Source: Octopus bimaculoides
Lineage: Eukaryota
Length of the DNA: 60,749 nt
Reading direction: 5' to 3'
Assembly (NCBI RefSeq): GCF_001194135.2
Contig: NC_068985.1
Span: 41,936,980-41,997,728, forward strand
The translations under genes were made by a program, and so were the position numbers. How positions within the stretch are numbered: the first letter of the stretch is position 1; every line of letters starts with the position of its first letter. The notes below the pieces were generated by a model that searched no databases, was not told the DNA's origin, and saw nothing but the letters and a program-made list of their open reading frames with translations. Positions 10,627 through 23,780 of the stretch are shown here, one piece after another.

Positions 10627-11875
10627 TAAAGTTGCTTGGGCACGTACACACACACACAAACATTCACAATTATAAACATGTATACACAAATACATTCTAC
10701 TCTGTTCAACTTACATACATGTATAGATATATATAGATATATACGTAACACACACGGCCACAACCTTGGGCTGAAACATATAAAGGAAATAAATACATAC
10801 ATACACACCTACATAATCATATACATACGTCGTCAAAGATGTACTTCCAGGATGAAGGTGAAGGACACACCCCCAGAGATAAATGCAGCCTGGCTGGTCG
10901 ACGCAATCTTGTTAGGCTTGGAGGAGAAAATGTTGGTCCTCCAAGCCACGTGCATGGACCATAAGAACTGGTAGGTGCAAGGGCTTGAGTTATTAATTCA
11001 AGCCACCCCAGAAGACCTCAAAAAAATTATAGAAACAATCACTGTGGAAGATGTAGTGCTGAGGGTTAAAGTGGAGGGCAGAATCCCTAGGTGTTACCAA
11101 TGTGGCCAAAAGGGTCACATTAGGGTTCACTACCCTTCATCACCCGCTGACAAAAAGGAAACTGCACCTCCACCTCCACCAGAAATCATCACAGAGATAA
11201 CAAATCAAAGGAACAAGAAGGATAGGAAAAAATAGAAAAGAAAAAGAAAAAAGGAAGACATAAACTGGCAGTGTTGAGTCCCATGCCACATCCACCCAGT
11301 GCCCACTTTTCCACACCCTTCCCCTGCAACCAGTCCTCCCCCTAATCCGGGTGACATGGAAAAAACTTGCATGCACTCACAGGTGTCCCAAAACCCACAA
11401 TACCCTCCCCATAAAATAAAAAAAGAAAACAAAGGAACAAAAGTATTAATTTTCTATGATCTAATGAATAAACAATTGGTAGCCGAAATCAAGACTTTGG
11501 AAAGTATGAGATTAGTAAATGCCTGTTACAAAATCCTCATGCATTTGGGATACGCGATCATAGATATAACAGATAAAAAGAAACTAGAAAATTACGAGAA
11601 AGTGAAATACTTCGAAATCAAAATAGAAAAAGAAATACCACACATGATAAGTGCCAAAAATTTATATACAAAATTTAACATTAACGTTGCAGACTTTCTT
11701 AAAAAGTAATCACAAATGAAATGATGGCGCCCGGATGTGGAACCGAGTGTCATTACATCTTTCATTTTTTCATTTCAGCCTTTCACCCGTTTTTACCTAC
11801 CCACATGTTTGTATTGTTTTGTATTGTTCCATCTGTATTTCACCCCTTGTGGGTAATAAAAAATTCATTCATTTC
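10627..11875 (+). mobile_element. ORF1-only non-LTR element (L1/Tx1-like gag knuckle, half-L1-like)
   Basis: VKVEGRIPRCYQCGQKGHIRVHY (CCHC with last C to Y), stop at 10972-10974, K/P-rich linker, ORF to 11709, then a short 3' UTR ending AATAAAAAATTCATTCATT; no RT. Confidence 0.6.
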
Positions 11876-11882
11876 CTGAAAC

Positions 11883-12575
11883 ATGCCAAGACTGACACGA
11901 AATCAGAGGGGGCAAGCCACTGGACGCCTCCATGCTGCTCAACATCTATGGGTCATTGCTAATGACTTGAACTGCAATATTTGGACAAGTTAGCAGCTGA
12001 GGGAACAATACAATGCCACAAACAGCACGGATGATCGTTCACACAGTGGCCGACTGAGGGTTACAATGGTATGTCAAGATCATCACCTGCACTGACAGCA
12101 CTTGCAGGACTGATTTCAGAGAGCAACGGAATCAGCCAGGCAGGCTGTAGAGACTCATCACAGACCCATTTGTGCAGGAACAGTTAGCCGCCAGCTGAGA
12201 TCTTTCAATCTGTCTTGTTGATGTCCAACTAGGGGTTTTATCCTCACAGATCGTCATCGACAGGCACGTCTGCAGTGGGCTCAAAAAAGGCAGAACTGGC
12301 GATATCAGCAGTGGAGGACTGTAGTCTTCTCTGACAAAAGTCAATATCGCATTTCTGTGACAGATGGCAGAGTTATGGTTTGGAGAAGAAAGGGTTGTGC
12401 CGATGGCTGTATCATGGAGAGAGACTCATGGAAAGGACAGAGCTTCATAGTATGAGGTGGAATTGCACTCAACCAGAAACTTGAACCAGTGGTCTTCCAA
12501 AACATCAGCCAAAACCAGGAGTAACCGCTGCTTGCAACATCGACCAAGTGTTGAGGCCTCACATTGTGTCATACT
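11883..12575 (+). pseudogene. Tc1 transposase remnant
   Basis: MPRLTRNQRGQATGRL..DRSHSGRLRVT..RQARLQWAQ..WRTVVFSDKS..DGRVMVWRR; stops and frameshifts. Confidence 0.9.
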
Positions 12576-14185
12576 TTGGTGGTGGAATGATGGCTAATAA
12601 TAAAAAAAAAGTGCTAATATGAAAGGTATTAAAGAGCAACAAATCCAGAATGATGCTAGCCCTCATTACACAAGTGTATAAGAGAATGATAGTAAATAGG
12701 CACATGGATAGAAAAAGAGTATATGATAAATGTAAGTAAAATAAATAGAAATTTAATACAATAATCAGTAGAGAACCAAATGTAGATATTGTAGGAATTT
12801 GCTTAGCTCTGCCTAACAGATTTGAAACCAAACCAAATCTACACATTTGTTCCTTGTCAGATGACTGTCTGAGTCCATTGTGTTTTGTCTGGGAGATTAA
12901 TGAGAAACATCTGACCTCCTAGAACCTTTGCTGGTCACTGAAGAATCAGTCCATTGTTTTAGGTTTGATCTACTTCCTGGCCATACCCTGTATAACTTGA
13001 GATCATCTCTCTCTTGCCCTCTCTGGTTCAACCGGCTGATAGAGAGCACATATCTCTATCTGTGTCAGCCATTAACCAAGAGCAATAGCATCGGCCGAAT
13101 GGAAAATAACAATGTAATCCTTACCCTTTCTTCCTCTCAGAATGCACAGCATACACACTACCAACTATCAGCAAACCACCATCACATCATTACAATTGTC
13201 AATTACTACTATGTATATTTTACTGACCACCATTGGCAAATAAATTTGTGAATGTTATTCCTTTCCTCTTCAATATTGTTATTACACTGCTTCATCCTGC
13301 TTTTGACTATCTATATATGGTGACCCTTTGCATCTTACCGCTACCTTTAGTAACTCCAATGTACACTCACATCAGTCTGTTACAATAATATATATCCTGA
13401 TTACCACTGTTGGCTTTTTATGTCTATTTTTCTATACCATGAAAGGGGTTACTTTGAACACTGGGGTAACATTGAACAAAATATATCTTGTTTCCTCTTA
13501 TTGCTTGTTACAAAAAATTTCTTACAGAATTGTTTAAATGTGTTGTTAAACATTAAAATTATATTTCTATGATAATATAATTTCAATACAAAAAGTAAAA
13601 TTTGTAAATATAACTTTGATTATCCATTCAAAGAAAAAGTTTGTCAACTTCTTCAAATTCCCGCAAAACAAACATTTTTGCAAAATATGAATACTTTTGT
13701 CAATAGTTAAAGAACTTCTTGCATAAAAGAGACAAGCTTTTGTTAAAATATGATTTTTATGTAACTAATTAATAATTTTCTATTGAAGTGTTTTTATAAC
13801 TTTGATATCTTCGTAAAAGCTTGTATAACATGATATCCCCCCCACCACTTTGATTATCCAATGGAGTTATTTTGAATGCCATTCAAAGTGACCCTGATCA
13901 CTGTTTCCAGCAGTAAGCAAGCTGCTACTTTGGTTCAAACTAATAGTGACCAATATAAGTTAGGTATTTTAAGATTTTTAAATGTTTTTCCTGTTTATGA
14001 ACAATATTTCACCCATAGAATTAATGAGGTGTAACCGCAAATTTATAATTTTTTTTTTATTATGGCTTGATAACCAGAATCAGTTTCTCTTTCTGTTACA
14101 AAGTCTAATTCTTTAAACTATATTCCTTTTTTTTATTTAGGATCAACTTGTAGTTTGGATCGAAATTAGCATTAACCAAATAGTT

Positions 14186-15575
14186 ATGCCAAGAATTTAT
14201 AATAGAAGACCTGGCACTTGAAGCTATAAATCCTATAGCCAAAATAGTCTGGATAAAGCAGTGACAGATATCAAAGCAAAGAAAATTACCCTTTGAAAAG
14301 CCAGTGTTGTTTATAAAATTCCAGTTGGAACTCTGAGCCATAGATTGAACAATAGGCATAGCAGGCAACCTGGTCACCCTTCAGTGTTCAGTGAAAAAGA
14401 AGAATCAGCGTTTGTTGCTCACATTACATGATCCGCTGGATGTGTAATGTCAGTGTGCACACACGACAGAGTGTAAGCACCCTGAGAGAAATGTTGGACA
14501 TAAGAAGCATTAGATGTGGCGTGCAAGAGAGACGTTTGCACTGGTATGGTCATGTACTATGGCGGGATGAGAAGAGATGTGTGAAGTGCCACTCCCAAAC
14601 AGTTGAAGGAATCCCGGGCAGAGGTAGACCCAGGAAGACATGGGATGAGGTGGTCAAGCATGACCTTTGAACGTTGGGCCTCGCAGAGGCAATGACGAAA
14701 GACTAAGACCTCTGGAGATATGCTGTGACTGCGAAGACCCGACATATAAAGTGAGTTCACGGCATATCCTGCACCAGCTTCACATAACCAGCCTCAGCCC
14801 ATTCAAGTACCTTGGATCGTAGGGCGGCTTGCTGTGCTTGAGGAGACCTTGAGTCAAGTACATCAACATCAAAATAAAAATCAAATGGAAATTGTAGTTG
14901 TGATATCCGTGCCGGTGGCATGTAAAAAGCACCACCCAAACGTGGCCGATGCCAGCGCCACCTTGTCTGGCTTCCGTGCCAGTGGCACATAAAAAGCACC
15001 AACTGATCGTGGCTGCTGCCAGCCTCCCCTGGCCCCTGTGCTGGTGGCACGTAAAAAGCACCCACTACACTCACAGAGTGGTTGGCATTAGGAAGGGCAT
15101 CCAGCTGTAGAAACACTGTCAGATCAGACTGGAGCCTGGTGTAGCCTCCTGGCTTCCCAGACCCTGGTCGAACCGTCCAACCCATGCTAGCATGGAAAAC
15201 GGACGTTAAACGATGATGATCATGATGATGATTACAGCTGTTGCAGAATGGGGGTTTCCATTTGATGCTATGGATTTGAGAGTGCTTGTCCATAATTATA
15301 TCACAGCTCAAGGTCACACAGTAATGCAATTTAAAAACAATTTTCCTTCAGCTAAATAGGGCTAATTAATTTTTAAAGTGAAACAAATCCCAATTAATAT
15401 CACGCCTGTGCCAAAATATCAAAAGATCCGGAGCATGTTTAAGTGCTACAGAAGTATCTTTGTACTTCCAGCACTTGAAAGCGACTCTTACAGTTGATGG
15501 AAAACTTCTCTCTCCAAATGACATATTCAATTACGACGTGGCTAACTTGTCAGATGATCTGGGTAGGAAGATTCC
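14186..15575 (+). pseudogene. pogo-type transposase N-terminus split by an RTE insertion
   Basis: MPRIYNRR..DKAVTDIK..KIPVGTLSHRL..GHPSVFSEKEE..AHIT | AVAEWGFPFDAMDLR..FKNNFP..QNIKRS..IFNYDVANLSDDLGRK. Confidence 0.88.
14429..15230 (+). mobile_element. 5'-truncated RTE LINE (ORF end + long 3' UTR + (GAT)n)
   Basis: IRWMCNVS..RRLHWYGHVL..GRGRPRKTWDEVVKHDL; flanked by ATTACA direct repeats at 14423-14428 and 15231-15236. Confidence 0.9.
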
Positions 15576-15999
15576 CTGACCTTGAACAAGAATGAGGAAT
15601 ATAAAATGTGACCTACTGATAACTGTGTGACATTTTCTTTAGTGCTATAGCACTTAAAGCTGTTCATTGACTTTTTTTTTTGTATTTAATAAAAAAACTC
15701 TTTTTTATAACTCTTATCTTTGTTCAATGTTGTACTGCATAAGAGTAATTTTGAACATAAGCAAAAAAACATTACTGTTCAAAGTAACCCCAAATCAGTG
15801 GGTACTTTGAACAGTGACAATTATATTAAAAAAAGTAATCAAATGTTGACTGCAGCTTATTTTTATTTCATATATCAGTTTACCTATTTAGTCCCCTTAA
15901 CATAATCAAATTTAGTTAAGATTGAAGAAGAAGTCATGAAATTATTGCAATAAGAAGTCTAAAACTGTTCAAAGTAGCCCCGTTTCATGGTACTTACAT

Positions 16000-16720
16000 G
16001 AGTTGGATGAGTTCTTTTCAGCACAGCTTGCATTCCTTTGTCAAGTACTGTCCAATCAGTCTTACTAGCAGCAGCATCAAACTGATTGAGTCTTGTGTCA
16101 GAGAAACACTGGAACTTCTGGAACTCTGACAGCCTTATTCCACCCTCACAATTTGGATTTATCCCTAACTCCAGCTGTGGCTAACTCATCAAGTTTCTTG
16201 AAGACATCATCTGAATCACTGATGACAGCTCATGATGAGTGGACATTATCTATTTTGACTGCTAAAGCCTTCAATTCTGTGCCACACAAAAGACTTATTG
16301 CAAAACTCTCTGCAATGATTGTGAAAACGATCTATATAACTGGCTGAAGTCCTTCATTCTCAGTCATAAAAAGATAGTCATGTTTCTAGGACAGCACTCT
16401 ACACCCTATGAGATGATGTCTGGTGTATCATAGAGATCTATTCTTGGACCCCTGTTGTTTGCTTAATGTACTAATGATATAAATACCAACTCAAAGAATA
16501 TTACAGTGTTGAAATACACTGATGACATCAATCTGTACCTTGACATAAAAAGAATAGACCCTACACACTATAGATTTTCCTGCGATCAGACCTGGACACA
16601 ATGCAACAATGGATTACTGACTGGTGACTCAAACTAGCGGTAGACAAATGTACCACCATGAATTTGGGGAGGAAAAGCCCAGCTTTTACATACTCCCTCT
16701 AAGACATCAACCTTAAAAAG
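16000..16720 (+). mobile_element. CR1-type LINE reverse transcriptase fragment
   Basis: YCPISLTS, QFGFIP, VDIIYFD, AKAFNSVPHKRL, SILGPLLF, KYTDD motifs with frameshifts. Confidence 0.85.
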
Positions 16721-17459
16721 TCTGTAAGATTTGTAAGGATTAAAAAAATAAGGCAAAAATAAAAGATTAGTTTCTTCCTAATTCTGATGTAAGAGTACTA
16801 AATTTTGCTAAATATTAGGTCTTTCAGAGTACTACTTAGGTATATTGAGTGCATTAAAGCAGAACCTTTACTGCAGAAATTGAAAGGATTTAGCCAGGCA
16901 TTAAATTATTATGACCCAGTATAAATTTTGACAATTGTATACTAGCAAAGCCAACTATCAGTGGCTAGCTGCAAGCTAGTACTCAAAATATAGTTTGAAA
17001 TATATACATATAAAGCATGTAATGGTTTACACACACACATGCATATGCACACATATACATAAATTACATTGTGAAAGAGCCATTTTAACCCTTTAAAAAC
17101 ACATGAATCTTAAGCCAACAAGGAAACCACTATGTTGTTGCTCACCCTTGTAGAAATAGCAGCTAATCAACCTCAAATTTTATACCCTACCATCTTACAA
17201 ATGGAGGATACAGTTGAAAATGAGGGCCTGGAAGCAATGTTTTAGGTTGTTCTAGCTGAAATGCATTTAGTAATATGTCGGTTAACTGGATAAACAACAA
17301 CAAAATGTAGTAACTATTGCATATCTTCCATTCTTTTCTTCATCATGCTATTTACTGTCAATTGTCAAAACATTTTGAATTCTTGGTCTCTCTCTAAATT
17401 GGTTAGGTTTTTATATAATTTATATTTTTTTCTTACTTTTTGTTTTGCATTATTTATTT

Positions 17460-17658
17460 CCCTTTATCTTTTACTTGTTTCAGTTGTTTGACTACAGCCA
17501 TGCTGGGGCACTGCCTTGAAGGGTTTTAGTTGATCAAATCGACTCCAGGATTTTTTCAAGCCTAGTACTTATTCCTTCAGTCTCTTTTGCTGAACTGCTA
17601 AGTTGTGGGGGACATAAACACACCAACACTGGTTGTCAAACAGTAATGGGTGGTGGGA

Positions 17659-17698
<40 letters not shown>

Positions 17699-17842
17699 GG
17701 GCTTCTTTCACTTTTCATCTACCAAATCTACTCGCAAGGCTTTGGTTTAGCTTGAGGCTATAGTAGAAGACACTTGCCCAAGGTGCCATACAGTGGGACT
17801 GAACCCAGAACCATGTAGTTGGGAAGCATGCTTCTTACGACA
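17460..17842 (-). mobile_element. SINE family A
   Basis: Reverse-complement copy with (CA)n middle. Confidence 0.85.
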
Positions 17843-18074
17843 GTTAATAATAATTTCATTACTTTATAAACACAGAAGTTGGTAACATCTTTTGCCTCTC
17901 TCCTTGTTTATATAAAGCATTATATTTTTATGTCTTTTAATCAGTTCTACTTTTGTGTGTGAGTAATTTTTCTCAATTTCAACTTCAGACTTGCCAGTCT
18001 ACTTTTGCATTTAGATTCTATTCCCTTTGACTTTTTTCCTTCTCTTCTTTTGTTCCAATTTCCTGCCTATTTTA

Positions 18075-18408
18075 TTTTATCTTTTACTTTTTATCTCCTA
18101 TTTGTTTCAGTTGTTAGACTGTGTCCATGCTGGAGTACCACTTTGAAGAACTTTTAGTTTGAACGAATCAACTCTAGTACTTGTTTTTTCTAAGTTTGGT
18201 ACTTATTCTATCATTCTCATTTCGTCAAACTGCTAAGTTATGGGGATATAAACACACAATCACTGGTTGTCAAGTAGTGGTGGGGGACAAGCATAAACAC
18301 AAACACACACATACGCACATGCAAACACAAACGTGCATGCACACATGCATGCGCCCACGCACACACACACACATGCACGCATGCACACACACACACACAT
18401 GCACGCAT

Positions 18409-18441
<33 letters not shown>

Positions 18442-18596
18442 GGGCTTCTTCCTGTTTCCGTCTGCCAAATCTGCTATCAAAGCTTTGGTTGGCCCAAGAC
18501 TATAGTAGATGATACTCGCCCAAGGTGCCACACAGTGAGACTGAACCTAGAACCATGTAGTTGCGAAGTGAGTTTATTACCAACAGTCATGCCTGA
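18075..18596 (-). mobile_element. SINE family A with expanded CA-rich middle
   Basis: Reverse-complement copy; explains ORFs 18181..18702 and 18238..18531. Confidence 0.85.
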
Positions 18597-18699
18597 CCCT
18601 GTTTTTGCATTAAATACTACTATTAATAATACTAATACTAATAATCTCAGAATTTTTTTTCTTTGTATGAGGGAAGAAGCAGGGACTCCCTACTACAGA

Positions 18700-19120
18700 T
18701 AGATAAAGAAACTTGAAACCTTTCACATGTGCTGTCTGCACAATATCTGCAACATAAAATGGCAAGATGGGATATCAAATGTCAAAATTTTAGTAAAATG
18801 TGATACCTCTATTATCAAGAGCATGCTGTTGAGAATTCAAAGCAGACAGGTAGACATGCAGTTTGAATGAAAAATGATCATGTTCCAAAAAATTATTTTG
18901 TATGGCCAACAAGTACAGGGATATTGCAGTAAAGGAAGACCCATTGTTAGGTATAAGGCTAACTTGAAGCAATCACTAAAATCTCTAGAGCTTAATTTGA
19001 CATCTTGAGAAAGTCATTGCCTTGATTGATCTGCATGGCATAAAATGTGTCATGATGCCATAAAACAATTTTTGAGTTGAAGAAACAGAACAATAAAAGA
19101 GTTATATCCTGCAATCAATA
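18700..19120 (+). mobile_element. RTE/BovB-type LINE 3' coding fragment
   Basis: SIKSMLLRIQ..VPKK..GRPIVRYKANLKQSLK..SAWHKMC. Confidence 0.7.
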
Positions 19121-19739
19121 GACACATTTGTCCAATTCCAGGCAAAATCAAAATCATCAGGGTCCCTATTGTGATTTCATACCCGGACTCAAATTACATT
19201 TATACACCCATCGCAAACAGATGCAACTTCTTTTATTTTCAATCCCATCCTACCTCCTTTCTTTTTTTTCTTCATTTAACCCTTTTCTTCGAACACTTAT
19301 ACTTTGAAATCAACAGAAGTGACCATCACTACTAAAAGTAGTTATCTGGAGCAGTTTCCTCAAGGATGGACTGGGAATGAATAGTTAATAATGTCATTCA
19401 AGAAATATGTAGACACTATCTCAAAGCATGTTTATGTGAGCATTTACTGTGATAAGGTTAAAAGCTAGGAGAAATTCCGTTGCTATGAAGAGAAGAGGAA
19501 CCTGATAGAGACAGACCCTTCATTTGATATAGGAAGGGTTTTTTTTCAGTTGAAAGGGCTTTAATAGCACAGAAAATATGTAAGAATGGGATGAAAATAT
19601 TTGGAAAAATTTCACTTATTATATAGGAGCAAACTATGTGTTAAGGCTAAATAACATTTCTATGACATAACTTTTCTAGTTTTAACATCATGTTATTTAC
19701 CAAACAATTATAGCTCTAAAATATATTGACACACAGACA

Positions 19740-19920
19740 ACTCTCTCTCTCTCACACACACACAGATAGAGAGAGGGGAGAGAGGAAAAGAGAGAGAGAG
19801 AGAAGGAGAGAGAGAAGGAGAGAGAAGAAGAGAGAGAGAGGAAGAGAGAGAGAGGGGGAAGAGAGAGAGAGAGAGGGGAAGAGAGATAGAGAGAGAAGGG
19901 GGAAAAGAGAGAGAGAGAGA
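19740..19920. repeat. (GA)n-rich purine tract
   Basis: Direct reading. Confidence 0.95.
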
Positions 19921-20061
19921 GGTGGTAGGAATTATTCTAAATAAACCTATAAGTCATTGCCAAGAAACAGAATTTTATGATCTCCATGATCTGAAAAATA
20001 AACAGTTTTCAAGAAGTGAGGAACCAAAATATTTCAGTTTAAATATAATGACATTTATTTG

Positions 20062-20115
<54 letters not shown>

Positions 20116-20539
20116 TAGTCCCCCATCAAACCATTCCTATACCTCTCACCATTACTTGCTACAGTTACCTCTGCTCCATCTCTAACCGTCTCCCTCTACA
20201 CTTTTATGAAGCATACCCTCTATCACCTTTTCCACTCATCTTGTCCAATCCTCTGTACCACTTATATTTACCCCCACTGTATCTGGGGGGTATGTCTCCA
20301 CACATCTCCACCATCAACTAGCTCTCTCTCTCTCTCACTTTGTCTGTTTCTCTTTCTCTATTAATCTATCTCTCTTTTCTTTTCCTATTGGAGTAGCCAA
20401 GTATCACCTCTATAGCAAGACACCTATTTCCATCCCTTTATTATACTCCAGCCTCTCAATTGGATTCAAAGCCATCTCCCTCTTTCGAGGTAAACTGTTT
20501 AGAGAAGACTTCAAAAGTAACTAGTAACGATTTCTCTTG

Positions 20540-20870
20540 AAAAATCAACAAAATTTGGCATCATGGTGTTATCATGTACCTGCAGTAAAAGGGTTTAGCC
20601 CTCGAGGACATTGAAGCTGACATAGTTGATACATAAGGGGATGCTACTCCAGTTTTATCTACAGTGTAAAAGAGAGCAGCTGAATTTAAGAGGGACTGGA
20701 GAGTCTTGAAGATTACCCAAGTTTTGGATGTTCTGCAATTGCTACCACTGAGGAAAACATTGATTGTGTTCACCACATGGTGATGGATGACCAGTGATTG
20801 ACTATAAATCAAATAGCCAATGCTATTAGCATATCCCATATTGGATAGTGGATTTTCAACTGTGTAAAGA
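20540..20870 (+). pseudogene. Mariner transposase N-terminal fragment
   Basis: AAEFKRGLESLEDYPSFG..ATTEENIDCVHHMVMDD..INQIANAISIS, the mariner HTH region. Confidence 0.85.
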
Positions 20871-20919
20871 AACTGATTGCGGTGATCATAGTTTTGGCAG
20901 TGATTGTGGTGAAAGCAGA

Positions 20920-21290
20920 AACAGTGTTGATGATGATGATGGTCGAGATAAGTATGGGAGGAGGATAAAATAGTGTTGGTGGTTATAATGGCAACAGGAG
21001 CGGTGTGATGTGTGATGCTGAGGTGGTGTTGATGGTGTTGATGATAGTGTTAGTTGTGTGATGGTGGTATTGTAGTGGTTATACTGGCTGTGGTGGGGAA
21101 AGTGACTGTCAAGGTAACCGTTATGATAACGTTGATGGCGGTGTATGTGGTTGAAGTGGAAGCAATGACAATGCTGCTGATGACGTTGGTGGTTGTATTG
21201 GTGGTGATAGTGGTAGGATAGTTGTGGTGGTGATTGTGATATGGTGGTAGTGGTGGTGGTGGTCATTGTCATCGTTATCATTGTAGTGCT
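20920..21290. repeat. Degenerate (GGT/GAT)n low-complexity tract
   Basis: Direct reading; source of His/Thr-rich spurious ORFs. Confidence 0.9.
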
Positions 21291-21547
21291 GCTCCTGCTG
21301 GTCTGGCAGAGGTCTGCGCCCTCCGAGTGCTTTCCTAGTTATATTCAAAATTATTCCTATGACTTGTGTAACTCTATCTCATTGTTTTTCTCTTCCTTTC
21401 TTCCTGATTTAAAATGATGGCAATTATTCTAATCCACTGCTTGAATATATAATTTAACTGACTATGTACTGTTCTACTGCTTCTCACTGATGATGTGGAA
21501 AGAAAACAGAAACAAGTTTGTCAGTATATATAGCACAAATATGAAAT

Positions 21548-21690
21548 ATCAGTTTCAAATTTTGGCACAAACCCAGCAATTTTTTTTGGAGAAGTGGGTA
21601 AATCAATTACATCAACCCCAGTATTCAGCTGGTATTTATTTTATCAATCCCTAAAAGGATAAAAGACAAAGTCAACATCAATCTTTAATA
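21548..21690 (-). mobile_element. SINE family B, partial
   Basis: GTTTCAAATTTTGGCAC...GGATAAAAGACAAAGTCAAC. Confidence 0.7.
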
Positions 21691-21998
21691 TGAAATATTA
21701 AATGCATGAACAGTGCAGCATTTTGAGTCACTTATATTGATAAACTAAATAAAAAAAACAAAACATGATACAGTTTCACATGCTTTCCTCCTGAACACGA
21801 AAAGGAATGACTCAATAATTAAATGGCTTCTGCTGAGAAATAATATATCAACCACTATAATAATAGGCCTACACTTGCACAACAAGTCCTAAAGACAATA
21901 CATGAGGAGCATATGCTTATGCCCAGACTCACCTGTCTCAGACACATATATGAAATATGAATATTTGTTAACATAAAGGCTAAAGATGGAAAAAATTC

Positions 21999-22045
<47 letters not shown>

Positions 22046-22199
22046 NNNNNNNNNNNNNNNNNNNNNNNNNNNNNNNNNNNNNNNNNNNNNNNNNNNNNNN
22101 NNNNNNNNNNNNNNNNNNNNNNNNNNNNNNNNNNNNNNNNNNNNNNNNNNNNNNNNNNNNNNNNNNNNNNNNNNNNNNNNNNNNNNNNNNNNNNNNNNN

Positions 22200-22244
<45 letters not shown>

Positions 22245-22629
22245 TTGTGCACGAAACAGTGTTTATTCTCTGCTTTAGTTTGTATATACTATATGAAGTG
22301 TGAGGAATGCTACACATGAAGCCTTGCTGTATAGTTGTCTTTTGGAGTTACTGCATTGTGGTATATGTGAATATGAGATAAAGCCAATGATGATATATGT
22401 GGTTTATGTATAACAAAATGATAAGCTGGCAAAATAATATAACAGAAAATGGATTGCTGCCAGTTTAGATTTTAATACTTAGCTGTGAAGAAAAGAAAAG
22501 AGAAAGAGAGAGAGAGAAAAAGAGAGAGAGAGAGAGAAAAAGAAACATACACAGACATAGTCAGAGAGTACTAAGGGAAATAATTTCTATGGGCTACACA
22601 AATAATTTCCCCTAACTTCTTTGATTTAA

Positions 22630-22900
22630 CATCTGTTGTCCATGTTGGCATAGGTTGGATGGTGCTATCAGAACTAGCAAGCCGGAGTGGGGTGGGGGTG
22701 TTGATGGGGGCTGTACCAGAGTCCAGTCTGATTTGGCATGGTTTCTAGGGTTGTATGCCCTTTCTAATGCCAACCACTTCACAGAGTGTGCTGGATGCTT
22801 TTACAAGGCACTGCAAGGGCGCTTTTATGTGTTGCAGCACAAGCGCTTTTATGTGTCGCTGCACAAGTGCTTTTACATGACACTGCTATGAATGCTTTAC
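22630..22900 (-). mobile_element. RTE-family 3' tail fragment
   Basis: TCTGATTTGGCATGGTTTCTA..GCCCTTTCTAATGCCAACCAC signature. Confidence 0.7.
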
Positions 22901-23374
22901 ACAACCAGAAGGATCAGTCTTAATACTTCTGCTGAAGGTGTGTAGCTGGTCAAAAATTGTAACACTTTTTCTATAAGAACAAAAACCTTTGGAAATTGAT
23001 CAAGGAAGCCTGTGTAGAGTATGCTATGCTGATATTGTCTAAAAAACTGAAACACTTGCATAAATGTCCCTTGTTGACAAAGATCATAATTTCCTCAAAG
23101 CATGTAAATTAACTTCAAGAAATAACTTCCTCATTTCTTTATATCATAGTCCATTTCCTTTTGTGAGTTGTTAAGAATTGCCACTATGCATTTGGTTTCT
23201 ACCTCCAGTTAAGAGGGAGATTTCCATTAATTCAAAATTTTTTTGCATACAGCATTTAGAATACCGCTCCTTAACATGTTTAACCATATAGACAGTGTGT
23301 ATATAAGAGAGAGAGGGTGTGTGTGTGTGTGTAAGAAAGAGGGAAAGAGAGAGAGAGGCAGGAAAGGTAGTTAC

Positions 23375-23780
23375 ATCATCATCATTATTTAACGTCCGTT
23401 GTCCAAGCTGGCATGAGTTGGACAGTTTGACTGGGATGGCATGCCGGAAGGCTGCACCAGACTTCAGTCTGATTTGGCATGGTTTTCTATAGCTGGATGC
23501 CCTTCCTAATGCCGACCACTCTAAGAGTGTTGTGGGTGCATTTATGTGCCACCGGCACAAGTGCCATTTGCATGACACTGGTGTGCATTTACATGCCAAT
23601 TTGTGTGACACTAGTATTGTCCACAATTGCGACTTTGCTTGGCTTGATGCCAAGCACTACATAATGTCAAAGATCTCAGTCATTGCATTCATGAGGCCCA
23701 ACATTCAAAAGGAACTCAGCTACTTTGCCTTTGTGAGGCCCAACACTTGAAAGGAACTCAGCTGCTTTGCCTCCGTGAGG
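23375..23780 (-). mobile_element. RTE-family 3' tail fragment with (GAT)n end
   Basis: CATCATCATT..TTTAACGTCCGTT...GTGAGGCCCAACA. Confidence 0.75.

Larger units (their letters stand above)
13437..15990 (+). mobile_element. pogo/Fot1-like DNA transposon, internally deleted
   Basis: TA|CCATGAAAGGGGTTACTTTGAACA...TGTTCAAAGTAGCCCCGTTTCATGG|TA; repeated subterminal TTCAAAGT motifs. Confidence 0.9.

Noticed and set aside
14890-15065. Repeat-spacer pattern resembling a CRISPR array
   Set aside because: Eukaryotic LINE 3' UTR; the units are degenerate tandem repeats without unique spacers or cas genes.
15991-16190. Minus-strand open frame ending in a perfect donor (..KRTHPTH|gtaagt)
   Set aside because: It is the antisense of a CR1 RT fragment and overlaps the pogo TA TSD.
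20886-21348. His/Thr/Gln-rich ORFs
   Set aside because: Translations of trinucleotide low-complexity DNA.
21485-21525. CTGATGA...GAAAC hammerhead-like core
   Set aside because: Stems II and III are not convincingly formed.
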